Assembly: GCA_020137815.1 (NCBI GenBank)
Contig: CM035360.1
Location: 5,518,001-5,582,000 of the forward strand
Source of the DNA: Hormiphora californensis
Lineage: Eukaryota > Animalia > Ctenophora
Reading direction: 5' to 3'
Length of the DNA: 64,000 nt
Shown: positions 1 to 14,400 of the stretch, one piece after another
How the letters are laid out: every line of letters begins with the position of its first letter
Numbering within the stretch: position 1 is the first letter of the stretch
Program-made: the position numbers and the translations under genes
Notes under the pieces: generated by a model
Databases searched by the model: none
The model's input: the letters and a program-made list of their open reading frames with translations, nothing else
What the model was told of the DNA's origin: nothing

Positions 1-1985
1 GTTATTTGCGGTCAAAGTATGCCAAATCAGCCGAAAATGCCAAAAAATTAGTTAATTGGTCTACTTTGACCGCAAATAACGCCAAAACGGTAAGAGATAG
101 GCTCTAAACTTTTCCACAACTCTTAGATTGAAATTTGTTTCTGAACAAAATGGCACCAATGAAAAGTCGATAAACCATTCCTAAGTGGCTATAGCCATAT
201 GGCCAAAAATGTCTATGCCCAGACCTAATTATCAAATTATCTAATTAACCAGATGAGATAGAGACTTAATTCCAGCACCTACCCCCACTAATTCGAGGAC
301 GCTGAACATTTTAGTGCCCTTGGTTTTGTCTCTACTCCTTTCCTAACATGGCTATAGCCATATGGCCAAAAACGGCTATGCGCAGAGCTAATTATCCAAT
401 TATCCAATTAACCAGATACAATAGAGACTTAATTCCAGCACCTACCCCCACTAATGCGAGGACGCTGAACACTCTAGTGCCCTTAATTTTGTCCCTACTC
501 CTCCCCTAAGCGCAGTTTTGGAGTTTTTTGCCTCAGGCTCAAAACATAGGTACAAGGGCGTGGCCCGGAAACCCAACTTCTTCATCCACCAAATCGCGAA
601 CATTTTTTTTGGTGGTTCTAGGGACCCAATAGGACCTCCTAGAAGTGGAATTAGCTTTATAACAATTATGCCGAAAATCACCATGAAATTGACATCATAT
701 GCCCTGACTATATCTGCGATTAGCTATCGCGATTAGCAATCTGCGATTAGCTATCTGCAATTGGTTACTAAAAGTCAAGACTAATATATTACTTATTCGC
801 GATAAGTTATCGTGGTTAGCTATCCGCGATTACTATTATTTATTGGTTATCACTTATCAGCGATTGATATCCGCGATTGGTTCTCCACGATTGACGATTC
901 TTCTATGATTTTGATTATCATTCACGGATAATGATCACGGATAAGCATTGGTAATAAGATATATCTGATACAATCAGCTTCTAGATGCTAAATCGCTCTT
1001 TTATCGGTGGTTTTTAAAATCGTCATATATTTAAGACAGTCATAACTCTAGATATGACTACCGATTATAATTGAAAATGCGGCAGTTAACCTAATTTTAT
1101 AAAATAAATTTGTTTCAATTACAATTTAGACTCTGAATCGCTTTTTTCTAGGTGTTTTTAAAATCGTCTTAAATTTAAGACAGTCATAAATCTAGATATG
1201 ACTACCAATTATATATGAAAATACAGCAGTTGACCTACGTTGGCAAAATATATGTGATAAAATCATGATTTATAGTTTAATTTGCTCTTTTCTAGGTTTT
1301 TTGAAAATCGTCTTAAATCTTAATACAGTCAGATGTCCGTAACTGTAGAACCGTAACTCGGATTTGCTTGAAATTTTGAACGTGTGTTCAAGATGTCAAG
1401 GCAACACCACGTACCAAGCGGCGTATTCGTAGAACGACGGGAAGGCTGTCTTAGGCGCCAAAGAAAACTTAAGACAGTCATAATTTTTGTTATGACTGTC
1501 CGTTTTCTCTGTCCAAGCTTTAATACAAGGTACACCACTAGACCTACCGACTCCCAAAGTTTAATGGTGATAGCTTTAAAACTGTGGCCTCTATTGTGTA
1601 CGCAAAAAAGTGGTTATTTTACGGTGGTTCGTGACGCGAAAAACGGACATTTTGTCTAAAATACGACCCTCTGTAACGTAAAAACCGTAACTCCGATTTG
1701 CATGAAATTTTAAACGTGTGCTCTAGGTGTCAAGGCAACACGAACTACCAAGCGGCAAGTTCGTAGGACAACGGGAAGGTTGTCTAAAACAAAGTTGAAA
1801 TTGCCGATTTCAGACAATAAGTATAGTAGCGCTGTCAAAATTTTCAAAAATTTTCAAAAAATTTTTTTCTCGCTTTTTCGATTTTCCATTCACTGGAAGC
1901 AAGAATGCTTGGAAAATTGACATTTTTAAGGGAAGGATGGTTGGGGGGAGGGAGGATTGGGCCCCGGGCGCTTGCCAGCGCTATG
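1..1985. repeat. Nested repeat/transposon-derived DNA in the ammonium transporter intron
   Basis: ~160-bp tandem duplication (~186-345 vs ~348-510: TGGCTATAGCCATATGGCC...TTCCAGCACCTACCCCCACTAA); GCGATTAGCTAT short repeats at ~715-880; duplicated blocks at ~990-1330 and at ~1340-1450 vs ~1685-1790. No credible ORF. Family not identifiable from sequence alone. Confidence 0.6.
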
Positions 1986-2016
1986 ATAAAAACATTTTTG
2001 GTGCTGGCAATGTTAC

Positions 2017-2430
2017 CAATATATCTGTTATTTTCCCCGTAGGCAAACGCGTAACCGAACAGATAAAAGGTGAGAGCTCCAATGCAGGCATCGAACAAAT
2101 TCTTAGTCAGGATGTTTTTCGTGTTTTTCATTGACACCGATCCAACTTCCACCAATGCAAAACCGGTCTGAAGAGAAATGAGTTAATCTAAATTACTCGA
2201 ATCATCCTGTAGTAAAAACAAGGACACCATGAGTGTGTAATTGAGTGGATTATACACTGACCTGCATAAAGAAGACGAGTGAAGCAGATACAATAAGCCA
2301 GACAATATCAATAGAATGGTTGGCAGCTGAGGTTGCAGGGTTAACAGCTCCCCCGATCATCTCCTGCACCATCTCCATGAAGTCATCGTAACTCTCAAAG
2401 GAAACCCCCTTTCCATCCGTAAATTCTAAT
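2017..2430 (-). CDS. Ammonium transporter (Amt/MEP family), first exons; the gene continues beyond the left edge
   Basis: Exon ending at 2262 (...IDIVWLIVSASLVFFMQ|gtcag) splices in phase 0 to exon 2167-2017 (TGFALVEVGSVSMKNTKNILTKNLFDACIGALTFYLFGYAFAYG). This is the Amt TM1-TM2 signature (FMQxGFxxxExGxVxxKN...GYAFAxG). Start codon uncertain. Confidence 0.88.
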
Positions 2431-3045
2431 CCCCGGCATGATGATGACGGTCGCAATCAGACACACAGAACACGCAACCCAAATCAACTGAATCAACAAT
2501 AGGCACACTGACACAGTGTGTGTTGTTGTCGGGGTGGTGGCGTGAGTGTGTTGTTTAGATAAACAGGAAGTCTGAGCTGCTGCTGCTGAGGCGATCAGGG
2601 GTGACATCACAAAGAACAAACACATACAGCTGACCTTAGATAGACATTTCTAACGGTGAACATATATTTTGTCGAAGTTAAGGACTGATCATTTCACAAG
2701 AATTATTTCTGTGAACCGTGAGATTCTTCATTTTCAGTCCCTAAAACTATGAAGATTGAGACATCATAGTATCACGAATTAATAGATATGATGGGGATCT
2801 ACGGTACGTGGTCGAACTCGTCATATATCTTCTCACCAGCTAACCACACTACATGCACCGTCTAGTATAAACAATCACCCATCATTCAAAAGAAAACAAC
2901 AGATACTGATCCTTCACTGAGCTATCTCCCCATAATATCTTACCTCTCCCGCCCTTACCAACTTTCCTTTCCCTCTAGAAGAAACTTTCCTTAACCACGA
3001 TACTTCTCTCTAGACTAGACTTATGTCGCCTGGAACTCCGACATT

Positions 3046-6000
3046 ATGGCGAGTGTAGAACAGCTGTTCTCCCTATTAGACAGTGATGGGGATGGACAGA
3101 TAACCCGTTCTGACATCCTTGCAATATGTGATAAACTTGAGCTAGAGGAAGGTGCGGAGGCGTTCCTTTCCAAACTTGGCCTCACCGATGAATACAGGTA
3201 TATATCAAGAATGAGTATATTGGTCTCTTGTTCAAAGCTCTGTGTTTACGATTCTCTGATCTAACCGTTCTACCTTCCCACCTTTTACAGGCCAATCACA
3301 ATTGATGATGTATACCACAGTGGGATTTTCGACAGTGTTGGCCAGAGCGATATCTCCCATAGCCTCGCCTCGATCTCAGACTCAAACTATGAAGCCATTT
3401 TTGATCTGCTGCTGGTGCTCCAGAAGACCACAACTAACTACCTGAGAAACAAGAGTTATGAGATGGAGAGTGATTTACAACAAGCCATATCTGAGAGGGA
3501 TAACTTTAAGAGGGAAATGATTATTTTACTTCAGGTAATTCGAGTAACGACTGATCTAACAATCGTTGCTAGGAAACGAATTAATTTTGACACTTTGGTG
3601 ATCTTGGTTACCATGGTTACCACCCGTTACCCTAGTAACACCATTCTTCCTCCTTCTCAGGAATGTGATGACAGAGAAAGGACAATATCGGAACTCAATG
3701 TCAGGGAGAAACAGTTGAAACAAGAGATTTCCAGTTTATACGAACAACTGGAACTGTGCGAACAAAGGGACAGGACAGGAACAGAGGGGAGCTTTCGATC
3801 ACGTATGGGTAATTGAGCACACCCTTCAAGCATAGATTATAGAATACTTGTCTTTCCCGCCGCCGTCTTGCTAAGAAACAAGAAATCTTCAGCAAATGGT
3901 AGCAAAAACCAAACAACTATTCAGGATCGGTTTCTAGTGTCCACACTCCCTCTGATATTCGCTTTCATTTGCCCTGGTTTAATATAGCTCGAGATCGTAA
4001 GGAAACCTCGTACTACACAAATTACACTGACTTTTTGACCGTTTTTTGTTACTGATTTCGTAACCTGTGAGCCATGATTCATGTAACCAACGTTTCCGTA
4101 ATCTATTGGGTTTTAAAATTCTGATCCAAACAAGCATCACATTTTCAACTCGATTTTAGGATCTGAGAATCAGCAGAAATCTGTGGTCAGTGGTTCCAAG
4201 TCAACGGAAAGCGTCCAATCCTCACTAAAAAGTGGGGATGAGAATAACCATGTTTGTGAAAACTGCCAAAGGTAAATAACATCTGACTGATTTGTATTGA
4301 TTACCATCTAACCACTATACCAACTCTTTCTCGCTTTTTTCTAGTACTAGAAAGCCCGTGGAGTTAGACCTCGTTGACCCTAATACCTGCTCTCTCTGAC
4401 TCAAAAATGAGCAATCCTTTCACCCTACCCCCCTCTATATCTCTCGATCTCTTTCCGTCCCTCTTTCGCTGTCTCTATCTCTCCTTCTCATTCTTCCCTA
4501 TCTTTTTATCTGTATTTCTTCATCATTGAAGAGATTTAAAAAATAAAACACATTTTTTATAAATGTCAAAAAGTTGTGTAACAAAGTAAGTGATAGATGA
4601 GTTCCTCCGTTATGTACTCTTGATAGCGTTGATTCGTTTATTTTCCACAGATATGGCCTAACACTTTGTTGGGAGTCTATTGGTCTCTTGATAAGATGGG
4701 TGATGGTAGTGTAACTGACTTGCATGTAATTGGCATTTGTAGTTAAACTTGACCATTCTTTAGCTTTATTGAATCAATCTAAGAGAGAAGAAGGGAATAG
4801 CATAGATAGGTAAAAAAACTATATGTTATTGGTTTTTATGGATTTCAATGAAAAGAAATGTTCATGAATGATATGTGACTCAGTCATTGGGATTCTGAGT
4901 TGCAGTTTACATCCACATATGTTTGGAATTTTGGATTTATACAATGAATTTGAATAGATGAAGTGAATGATTTTAAGTTGAGAACATGTACGATGATTTA
5001 AGGAATTGAAAATTTTATCGAGCGAACTAAATTTTGGGACATATGTGGATGCCCTCACTTGACACAATCAAAGATTGGTAAGATCATTGGAAAGTCAACA
5101 ATCAATAAATTAACGAACTCTAAAATCATGAACAACATTTACAGTCCTAACTAAGTTATTACCTTTGTCGAAGAGCTGGGAGATACCACTTTTTACCTGA
5201 ATAAAGATGCTACTATACCGCTTAGCCCTTGAGAATGCAACGTAGAGCTGGCCATGTGAGAAAACTGGAGAGGGTAAGTAGATTCCAACAGTGTCGAACT
5301 CCTGGCCTTGGGACTTGTTGATGGTGATGCAGTAGGACAGAATGATAGGGAATTGCAAACGTTCAAATCTGAAGGGAAAAGCAGTATCTGAGGGACATAA
5401 TTTAATGCGTGGAATGAAAGCCTCCTTGCCTATAAAATTACTGTTACCACTAACTATCCTAACCTTCAAAACATTCCTACCTAACATAACTACTTGTAAT
5501 CGAGTTCCATTGCATAGGCCATTCCTAGGATCTAAATTTCTTAATAGCATTACAGTACAACCTTGTTTGAGCTTGAGTAGGTGAGGTGGAAGTCCGCTGA
5601 TACGTAAACTGTTGAGGAACTCTGTGGTGACTTGTCGTACTTGAGTGTTCTCGTCCTCAACAACTCGATCAACACTCAAGTATTCCCTGGGTAATGTTTG
5701 TGGTTCATATCTGTCTAAAATCGAATCATTAAGTTTGTCAGCATCGTCATTCAGTGGTGTTACAATTACAGATCTAGATCGGTCAGTGTTAAAATCAGGG
5801 AATACGGAGGTTGCAATATCGTCAGTAAAATTACAGTCAGTTGGAATGTCAACTTCACCTCGAATTCCTTCAGCGCTGGTGAGGGTTCCGTCGCCCAACT
5901 CCAACAGCCAAGTCTTGAAGGAAGTCTCTGCAGGGTCCGCTCGCACGTTCTTCGTCAGGTCCAAGTGTGTCACGTATTGCCAAAGGGGCGACCTGAAAAT

Positions 6001-8391
6001 GCAGTTTTCAATGATCACAGGAGTGGATGCCCTGGGAACAATGGGGAGTGTTTGACGAAAATCACCGGCCATTAAAATCAACTTTCCACCGAACGGTACA
6101 CTGTTGTTGGTGATGTCACGGAGCAGGATGTCGATGGCCCTAAGTGCATCCAGCGGTATCATACTGGCCTCGTCTATGAATATCAAGCTGAGGGAACGAA
6201 GGTGGTCAGCTTGTCTCGAGTTAGGCCTTACTGAACACGTAGAAGTACTATTGATAGGCACGGGCAGCTTGAACAGTGAGCACAAAGTTGTCCCTGCTAT
6301 CAATAGTGTTCCTGCAATCCCTGTCCATGCAGCATTTGCAAATTTGAGTGAGTTGGCAATACAATGCATGGACAGGGTATTGGCTAAGAACGTCTTCCCG
6401 CATCCACCACTGGCATGAATGAAGTAGATGCGGGGTCTGTCAAAGGAGGGGGTTGCTCCATGGGAAAGCTCGTGGATAATTGTGTCAGCTATGAACTTTT
6501 GTTCTTCGTTCAGCTTCTCCAAATTATCCTCGGCCATGAGGGTATAGTCGTCAGTGTCATAGTCGGAAGTAGGCAGTCGCGTAATTGGGGAGGGTAAATC
6601 AAAACCAAAGTTAGTAATGGGGATACGATAAACAGACATTAAAGAGGAATGGATACTCATCAAGGCGTGTTGGTGAGATTCCTCCTCGGTAAAGCCGTTG
6701 AAGTGGATGAAATCCTCAGACATGTCGTCCTTGAAATCTCTCCAGATATCTAATGGGGATGATGTGTTACAGTTGGCTAATACAGTCGCAAATAAAAAGC
6801 GAAGCTGACTTGGTGTAGAAGTCAGTTTCGCTTCATTCATACAATCAATCCAAGTCTGATCTGACTCTAAAATACCCATAGCCCGGCAAGTGGCTTCGAA
6901 CGTGTCGTATACAACACCCTCGTGCGTCTTCAAGTCCCTGAAAGAAGTAGCACCGCGGGCTCGCAGTAAAATTAAACGAAGATAAAATCGATCTGTGTCT
7001 CTTGGTGAAACATAGTATATCCTAGGAACAATCTTTAAAATCTCACTATTACCTACACTCCTCTTTCTAACCACCCACCCTTTATTACCGGTGTATGTGT
7101 AGAAATAAGGAATCTCGGAGTAGAGATGACGGCGTGCTGAGTGGTCCTTGGCGTTGAGAGACATCCAGTGAGTCAATGTAGTGCCAGAGTCCCGCTCAAG
7201 TACGTCGTCAGGTAGTTCTCCTGTACGAAAATGTATCATATGGTTGTTTTCAAGGTGAACAGCAAGCCTCACAATAGCGTGACTTTTGGAACATAAATTG
7301 AATTCGCGAATACGCCAAACAGCCTCCATTGCAGCTATATATCGGCAGTCGACATATTCGCGAATTTCGTCTAACTGATCACGTGAACTTACCGTTTTCT
7401 CGACATATGCACTATCATAACCTTTATGTAAATACTTAAACAGATATTTAATTGAACTAATTGACATGCAAGCCTCTGTATTAATATGTGACCTATATTT
7501 TAGCAAGAGATAAGGATTGTAGGGGACAACGTACCTATTATCCAGATAATTACCATTCCTCTCGATGCGAGTTCCATCATTCCTACGCTTGTAGATGACT
7601 CTCCCAGTGTCACTGTCGAAGCTCGTACTGTCCGCAAAGTCCTTAGGGAAGCCTTTGGTACAGTTGCCTTGTTGCAAACAGCGACCTGGGGAGCACTGGT
7701 GCATCATCATTGTACTTACAATCCTATACAACTCTGGCTCTAACTCGGGATCGGGAATCTCAGCTCTAATGAATTTATCTATTTGATCTACTCTCTTCAA
7801 TTTATGCTCACCTTTAAGCCAAAGTGCTAAATGAGTGTGGGGCAAACCTCTCTTCTGGAACTCGATGACGCTAGTGATGGCCTCCTGCTCGCCTAATACA
7901 AACCTCATGTCCTTGTAGAATTCGTCTGTGTGTAGTTTAAAAGTCGCAGTAACAATGTCGGGTCGGTCATTGGGCTGAAGTTTAGGTGCCCCCTGCAAAT
8001 ACTGGTTTCCTAGGTTGTCAACTATGTCGGGGTGTGTGGGGTTGCACGTGAAAGTAATGAAAAAGTCAGGCTTAGAAAACTTAGCGGTAAGCGCCATGCT
8101 GTCTTGATACTGCTGTTGCAGCCAGCGCTTACCGCCAGTAAAACTGGAAGGTAAAATGGAGGGGATACCGGGATTGTACTCACAATCCCCATTGTTGGTA
8201 TCCTCTCGGTGCATCATCAGTCCCTCAGAAGTCTCCTTTCGGTAGTCAGGTTGATTCTTTCGTAGGTACAGGAGACGGCCCGCCTCAATCCGAACCTGTA
8301 AAATGTAATTTTAGATCCTAATGAAAAGATAATAATGAGAGATATAAATATTTTGATATTATCATGGACACGTAATTAAATTAATTGAGAG

Positions 8392-8474
<83 letters not shown>

Positions 8475-11400
8475 ATTTAATTGCGGGGCGTGCAAAGACA
8501 GTCTAGCTATGCAAGTATTTACCTGGTGATCAACAGTAAACTGTTGAAAGAGTTTCCTGCTGAAATGAAGAGGTGAAAATGGGGAGGAACGGAAAGCTAT
8601 TCGGTGCTGGGCAAATTCAAGAGCGGTGAGTCTGGAGCGGCCATTCAGTTGCTTCAGATCGGTACACCAACCTTGTTCACCTATAAAATAAGGAATGATA
8701 AGATTATTATGAAAAAATAATCTTTTATTATAAACTTAAACGGTGATAGAAAATGTGTATTATAGTAGTGATAGAAAAAATACTTAACTTACCATGGGGG
8801 AACAGTAGAGGGTATGTCATGGGGTCCAAGTGGTTGGAGCAGTGACTGATCTGTTGTAAACTATAATCCAGTCTAATTGGAAACTGATACCTTAGGAACT
8901 GTGTGTTAATCATAGTTGCAGTGAATAGTTGTTGTCTTAAAAGTACTGATTTCCTACCACAGTCGTAACTACATTTAATCGTCATTGTCTGTCGATCGAT
9001 ACACTTTACCGTCAGTCTAGTGTTTATGTCCAAGTCAGATACTCCCGGGACAGCGGCCAAAAGCACAACTCTACAGTAGTTCTTGAGGCGGAGATGGTGT
9101 CGGGGAAGTGTAGGTTGGTCATAACCACGCATGTCAGTCAGGCTAAGAGCACTACCTGAAAGGGCATTGTTAGAAGTGTTTTCACTAAAAAACTCATGTA
9201 ATTGCCCACGTCGTGCATCTAATGCACGCTCAGCATCTTTGTAGACGGTGAAACCGGGAGCTGAAGGCATCCCTGAATCATCGCCTACAAAGATAGCTGC
9301 GACATCACCCTCATGAACAGGGGTGTTGTAGGTCCTCGTATCAGAACCTCGCCTGAAAAACATGCTCACAGAGCGGGGGTTAGTGGGACTCCTCTCTGTC
9401 TCTTCTCTCTCTATCTGGGCCATTCTAATGAAAGCATTCTTATACGGGTTGTTAATATCAGAGAAGATCCTATGAATAAACGACATCAACCTACGATCAC
9501 AGCCAGAGTTACTTGGGTGGTTGAGACGATGTTGCAATGCTCCGCTCCCTTCAATCACGTAGAGTTGACTGAACTGCGGAGTATCGGTCTCGTGCCCATG
9601 TAGTACTCCCACGCTGTGACGGATCTGGCCATGTACTCGGAAAGTGAAAGGTCCTGGTCTTCCTGCTAATAATTTGTCTTCATTAGAATTTTGTGATGCG
9701 AATGAAAAGGCAGAATTGAAACTCCTAATATTGTCAAACAAATTCGAAACTGGTCCTATGCCTAGTGTTGGGTCAGTAATAGCGCCTGTAATAAGTAGTT
9801 GAAGGTCCTCGGGGTAGGGTTGTAGACGACACTGAGCAGGCAAGACAGACTTCCCACCATTACAGCAAGAAGCGGTCTTGTGAAGCTCCTGCTCGTACAG
9901 CAACGCACCACAGCCCCAAGTACAGGATCTATCACGCAAACCTAGTCTGAACAGAGTGGGGGTTATATTACGATCAATAGCAGCGGTCTCTAGTCGTGAA
10001 AGCAATTGTCTGTGGTCACGGGCTTGTCGCTGTTGTCGCTGTCTGTCACGGAGTTGTTGTCTCTGTTCGTCAGTCATACTTGCTACCTGTTGACGTCTTC
10101 TTTCGTTCCTGGAAGCTCGGTTAGCAGCATCTCGATCTCTCCTAACACTATTCAAAGACTCGCTATTCTCCTGTCTATATTCTCTCTGGCTAGAATTCAA
10201 ATCATCCCTATTCTGATCCCTATGCTCTCTTCTATTGCTATTCAAAGATTCCCTATTCTGATCCCTATAATCTCTCTGATTGCTATTTACCTGTTCCCTA
10301 TTCTCATCTCGGTACTCACGCTGGGATGCATTGACAGCATCACGGTTGTCTTGGCGGTGTTGACGTTTGCGGGCATGAAGTTCTTGACTGTGTTCCTGGC
10401 TGTAGAGTCGCATCTGCTCCAAGCGGTCGGCACAGAGTCCGGTACTTGGGCCAGGTAGCTCGTCCGCGGCTGAAACACTCTGTACATCAGTATCAAAGAT
10501 ATCAGAATCAACTTGCATTAGGTTAGAGTTGGACATAATAGCACAATCAATAACGAAGAAATCACTTAACTTTGCTTGTAGGGGTGAGAAATATCACAGA
10601 GGTATCGAGTTGCAACGTAATACAGAGCAAAGCGAAGGTAAAGAAAATAACAGTAGTGGCACTTTTCAGGAATACTCCTTCATAAAATATTTTGGTGCAA
10701 AGTTCTCAAAAGTTGATTTCCCGGCTTCTGGAATTTCTCTCCACGTCAAAATAAACAGCACGTGCATTTCTATTGTTACCCCCCACTACCTCACATACCC
10801 CTCCCAGGGCACCTCCTTGGCAACCCCCCTCTATTTGCACGTGAGGATAGGACATCATCACCATCACGCCACTCATTTGCATCTTTTAATTAAGATATCT
10901 TTGGTTACACCTAGCACTCACCCAGTGTCAAAAAACCACGAATATGCGAATCTAATTTCCAATGCTTTTAGAAAAAATAATGCCAAAATAATGCCAAGCC
11001 TAGTTCCCCAATCACACACATTTGTCTGTAAATTACAGTGTAATGTGAACCCAAAACAAGAAATTATACAGCTGTTTCTCCCCTCACTCTCTCCCTCTCT
11101 CCTCTATTCTTCTCTCTCTTTCTCTCTGTCTATCTCTATCTCTCTCTCTCCCTCTCTCTCTCTGTCTTTCTCTCTGTCTTTCTCTCTGTCTCTCTCTCAC
11201 CCACTCTCTCTCTTTCTCTCTCTCTCCCTCTAATTAGCTCGTGTTAATAAGGTAGTATGGTAGGTATCAGATTTCATGGGATTCTGAGATTCTAAGGCAT
11301 TATTTTTGCGTGTTAATTGGGACTCTGAGGGACTCTGGGGCATTATTGGGACTCTGGGGGCATTATTGGGACTCCAGAATCCAAATAATGCCCTCCTAAG

Positions 11401-14400
11401 TTTATCACTCATAACTGTTTTTTTAACCTTAGAAAAAGATTCTACGAGATAGACAAGCATTAAAAGGGTCATATAAAATAAAATAGGGAGAGTTAATATG
11501 TCACAAATTAGAACAATTAACCTAGTTTATAATTAACTTAATTAAAAAATTAAATTATTAAAAAAAAATTTCTTCAAAATTCGCCAGATTTTGATTCAAA
11601 ATGATAGGGAATGGTTCCCTGGGGCTCTATAAAATCATTCCAAGCACTAAATTCATGCAAAATTGACAAATTTCAACAGAGTCTCAAGATGGCATTATTA
11701 GGCATTATTTAAACAGATGCCCGAATAAACGAATTAACTGTTAACTAATGTCTTCTATGTACTATCTAATATTGCCAACACTTTTTAGTTAGAAAATAAT
11801 GCCTTTTTAAGAAATTTTCAGAGTCTAATGCCTTTCGAAATAAGTTGACACTGGGAGCACTCATATAGCCACCTCCCCGTTATCATAGATTGATGGAGGA
11901 TATCAAGAATTCTGAGGCATTAGTTGAGCGGATAAATGAGGAAAAGAAGCGGATGAATGTTAAGGTGCACGCAGCAGATACCTACCTGACGCAAGTGAAG
12001 GAACTTGAATCCGCTTACAGGTACAGGAAATATCTGGTGATAATCATGGCCTGGTCATAGTGATCTGATCCATCCAAAACCAATAGTTGAATTTAATTGG
12101 CTGGATTTAAAGAATACATAACCCTTTTCTATATTAAACAACTGATCGTGCCAAATAGGAATCTAAAGAATACAACCCTATAATAATAACCAACTGATAT
12201 ATCTTGTCAGGAATCTAGAGCAGCATACAATGCAGATGGGCAGTGAGCATGATGCAGTTCTAGCAGAGTACGAGGAGGTGAGGGGTAACTTTGAGGAGCT
12301 GTCACAACGGTACGAGGAGCTGAAAAGTAAAATTAGCTCCGGAGATCTGGGTGGTGTAAGCGCGGCGACACTGGGCAGTGTGAATAACGTGAGTAGATCA
12401 TTGTGGGTGACAAACAGGGTTATACCAGGATTTACAGACCCGAACCACTCATAGAGAAGTGAGAACATAGTCATTGTGGACGTTTCTAAACATTAGGTCC
12501 GGGTCCCTGTTATGATTTCTAACAATTTCACAATATCACAATCCCCCTCTCTCCTTCCCAGTTGGATACCTCAGCGTACACTACTGGCCACAACACAACG
12601 GGAGGTTTCAGTTTCGCTGACGAACTTGCAGACACCGAATCACGGTATTACATATTAAATTACTGATCTACGGATGTCTGACGTCTGTGTTAGGTGTATT
12701 TGGTGTATTTGGTGTCTGTATTATTATAGTATGGAGTGGCCCACCTATATGGTGTACATTGATATGTGACCCACGCTGTTATCTCGTATCTCTAAGGATT
12801 TCACTGCTTCTTTCAATTCCCCTACTATTGATAATCCGGTACTCTGATATCACTTTATCTCTCTGTAATTATGTGGAGCAAGCTACCCTTCAATACTTGC
12901 TACTTGAGCAACGTTGCAGATCTGTTTTGGTTCGTCCAAGTTTGTGCCCCTTTCTTTCGTTCCTTTCATTTTGTAACATGCACAAATCTCACATGCAGTA
13001 CTGGAAACGTGTACAATACAAGTGATACAATCTCTACACAACTCTATGGTCTTCATTACATCATGTCTCACATCATTTTCCACAGCACAACATAACGGAG
13101 ATATGTGGTTAAAATGTAACCGTTTTGTTGAGTCATCTCCACAATTCCACACTCCTGTCTGCCACTGTTCGCAGATCTCACTTACTTCAATGAGAGAAAA
13201 CCTCACGACTTATTCCGCCTAGTTCCTACTTCATACCCTCATAATTTCCCAGGGATCAGATAGAAGCGCTCCAAGAGGAGAATGAACGTCTCAAATTAAA
13301 GGTTCTCCAGTATGAGTCACGTGACCTCCCTGATGCAGATCTCTTATCTCGGGAGTTGGATCTAGCAGCTGCTGATCCGGGGGATGTTATACCCCTCATC
13401 AATAACGATCAGGTGAGTAGGAGATTGGGTTTAGGAGTCAGAAGAGACGATGGAGGGAAGATAGGGTTTAGGATTCAGAAGAGAAGATGGAGAGAGATTG
13501 GGTTAAGCTAGGGGATAGTCTGTGTATTCGAGTGAGAGAGAGACTGGGGATTGAGGGGGAAAGAGAAAGAGCGAGATGATACGTGATGGGGTATACTAAT
13601 TATGTATGAGTTAGGTTCCCAAATTATGCAAGGTTACTCGTCTCCCCGAGTGTTTTATCTCTCCCCCTCATTTAACACACACACACCCACAGAATTTGGA
13701 AGATGTGTCTCCCCGTGGTTTATCGTCCCCTACGGATGGGATATGTGGCCATGTCCTGATTGGAACTGCTAAACTGTTCCTACACTGTTTGCGGCATGAT
13801 ATTGGGGTCAGCTATTCTCCGCCCATTGTGGATAAGAATGGACAGGTAAGACATTCTGTGTAGAATCAATTAGAGGAATCAAGACTCGACCATGAAAAGG
13901 TCTAACATGACCAATGGGTATTTGTTTTTGATTGGAGGTTATAAGTCTTAAATAGTAGTAAGGGAAAGAAAGGATTATATATATGGTCTGCTGAACCCCA
14001 GCTCACACCAATATTCTCCAGGTGTTTGGTCATCTGAAGGTGAAGCTCCAACGTCTCTCATCCTCCCACGGTAACCTGAACAATCAGCAAACCACCGGGG
14101 AACAATCCGTCATGGGAGATCTCATGTTAGGTACTAATGTTCTGGCAGATTTCCAGTAAATCCAGCATCCCAAATGTTGAGATAGGGAGAACAAAATCAC
14201 AATTCCGATGGTCATGTTTCGTACCATTGGTCATGTTTCACACCGTCTAATAATCAATCTCGCAGGTAGCACAGTGACTGTTCATATAGGGGTGATTGAG
14301 GCAAACGGGCTGCCAACTAGGCTAAACAACTACGTCTTCTGTCAGGTTAGTTTTACCCCCTTCTGCAGTCCGATGATTTTATGAAAACAAATCCCACAAA

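Larger units (their letters stand above)
4347..10847 (-). mobile_element. Helitron, apparently complete and autonomous
   Basis: On the minus strand the 5' end reads A|TCCTCACGTG (10847) and the 3' end CCACGGGCTTTCTAG|T (4347), with an imperfect subterminal hairpin (CGTGG-N7-CCTCG). Inserted in an A|T dinucleotide with no TSD. Encloses an intact RepHel gene. Confidence 0.85.

Noticed and set aside
10529-11233. 234-aa plus-strand ORF
   Set aside because: Runs across the Helitron 5' end, host intron, a TIR element and a CT tract; chance open frame.
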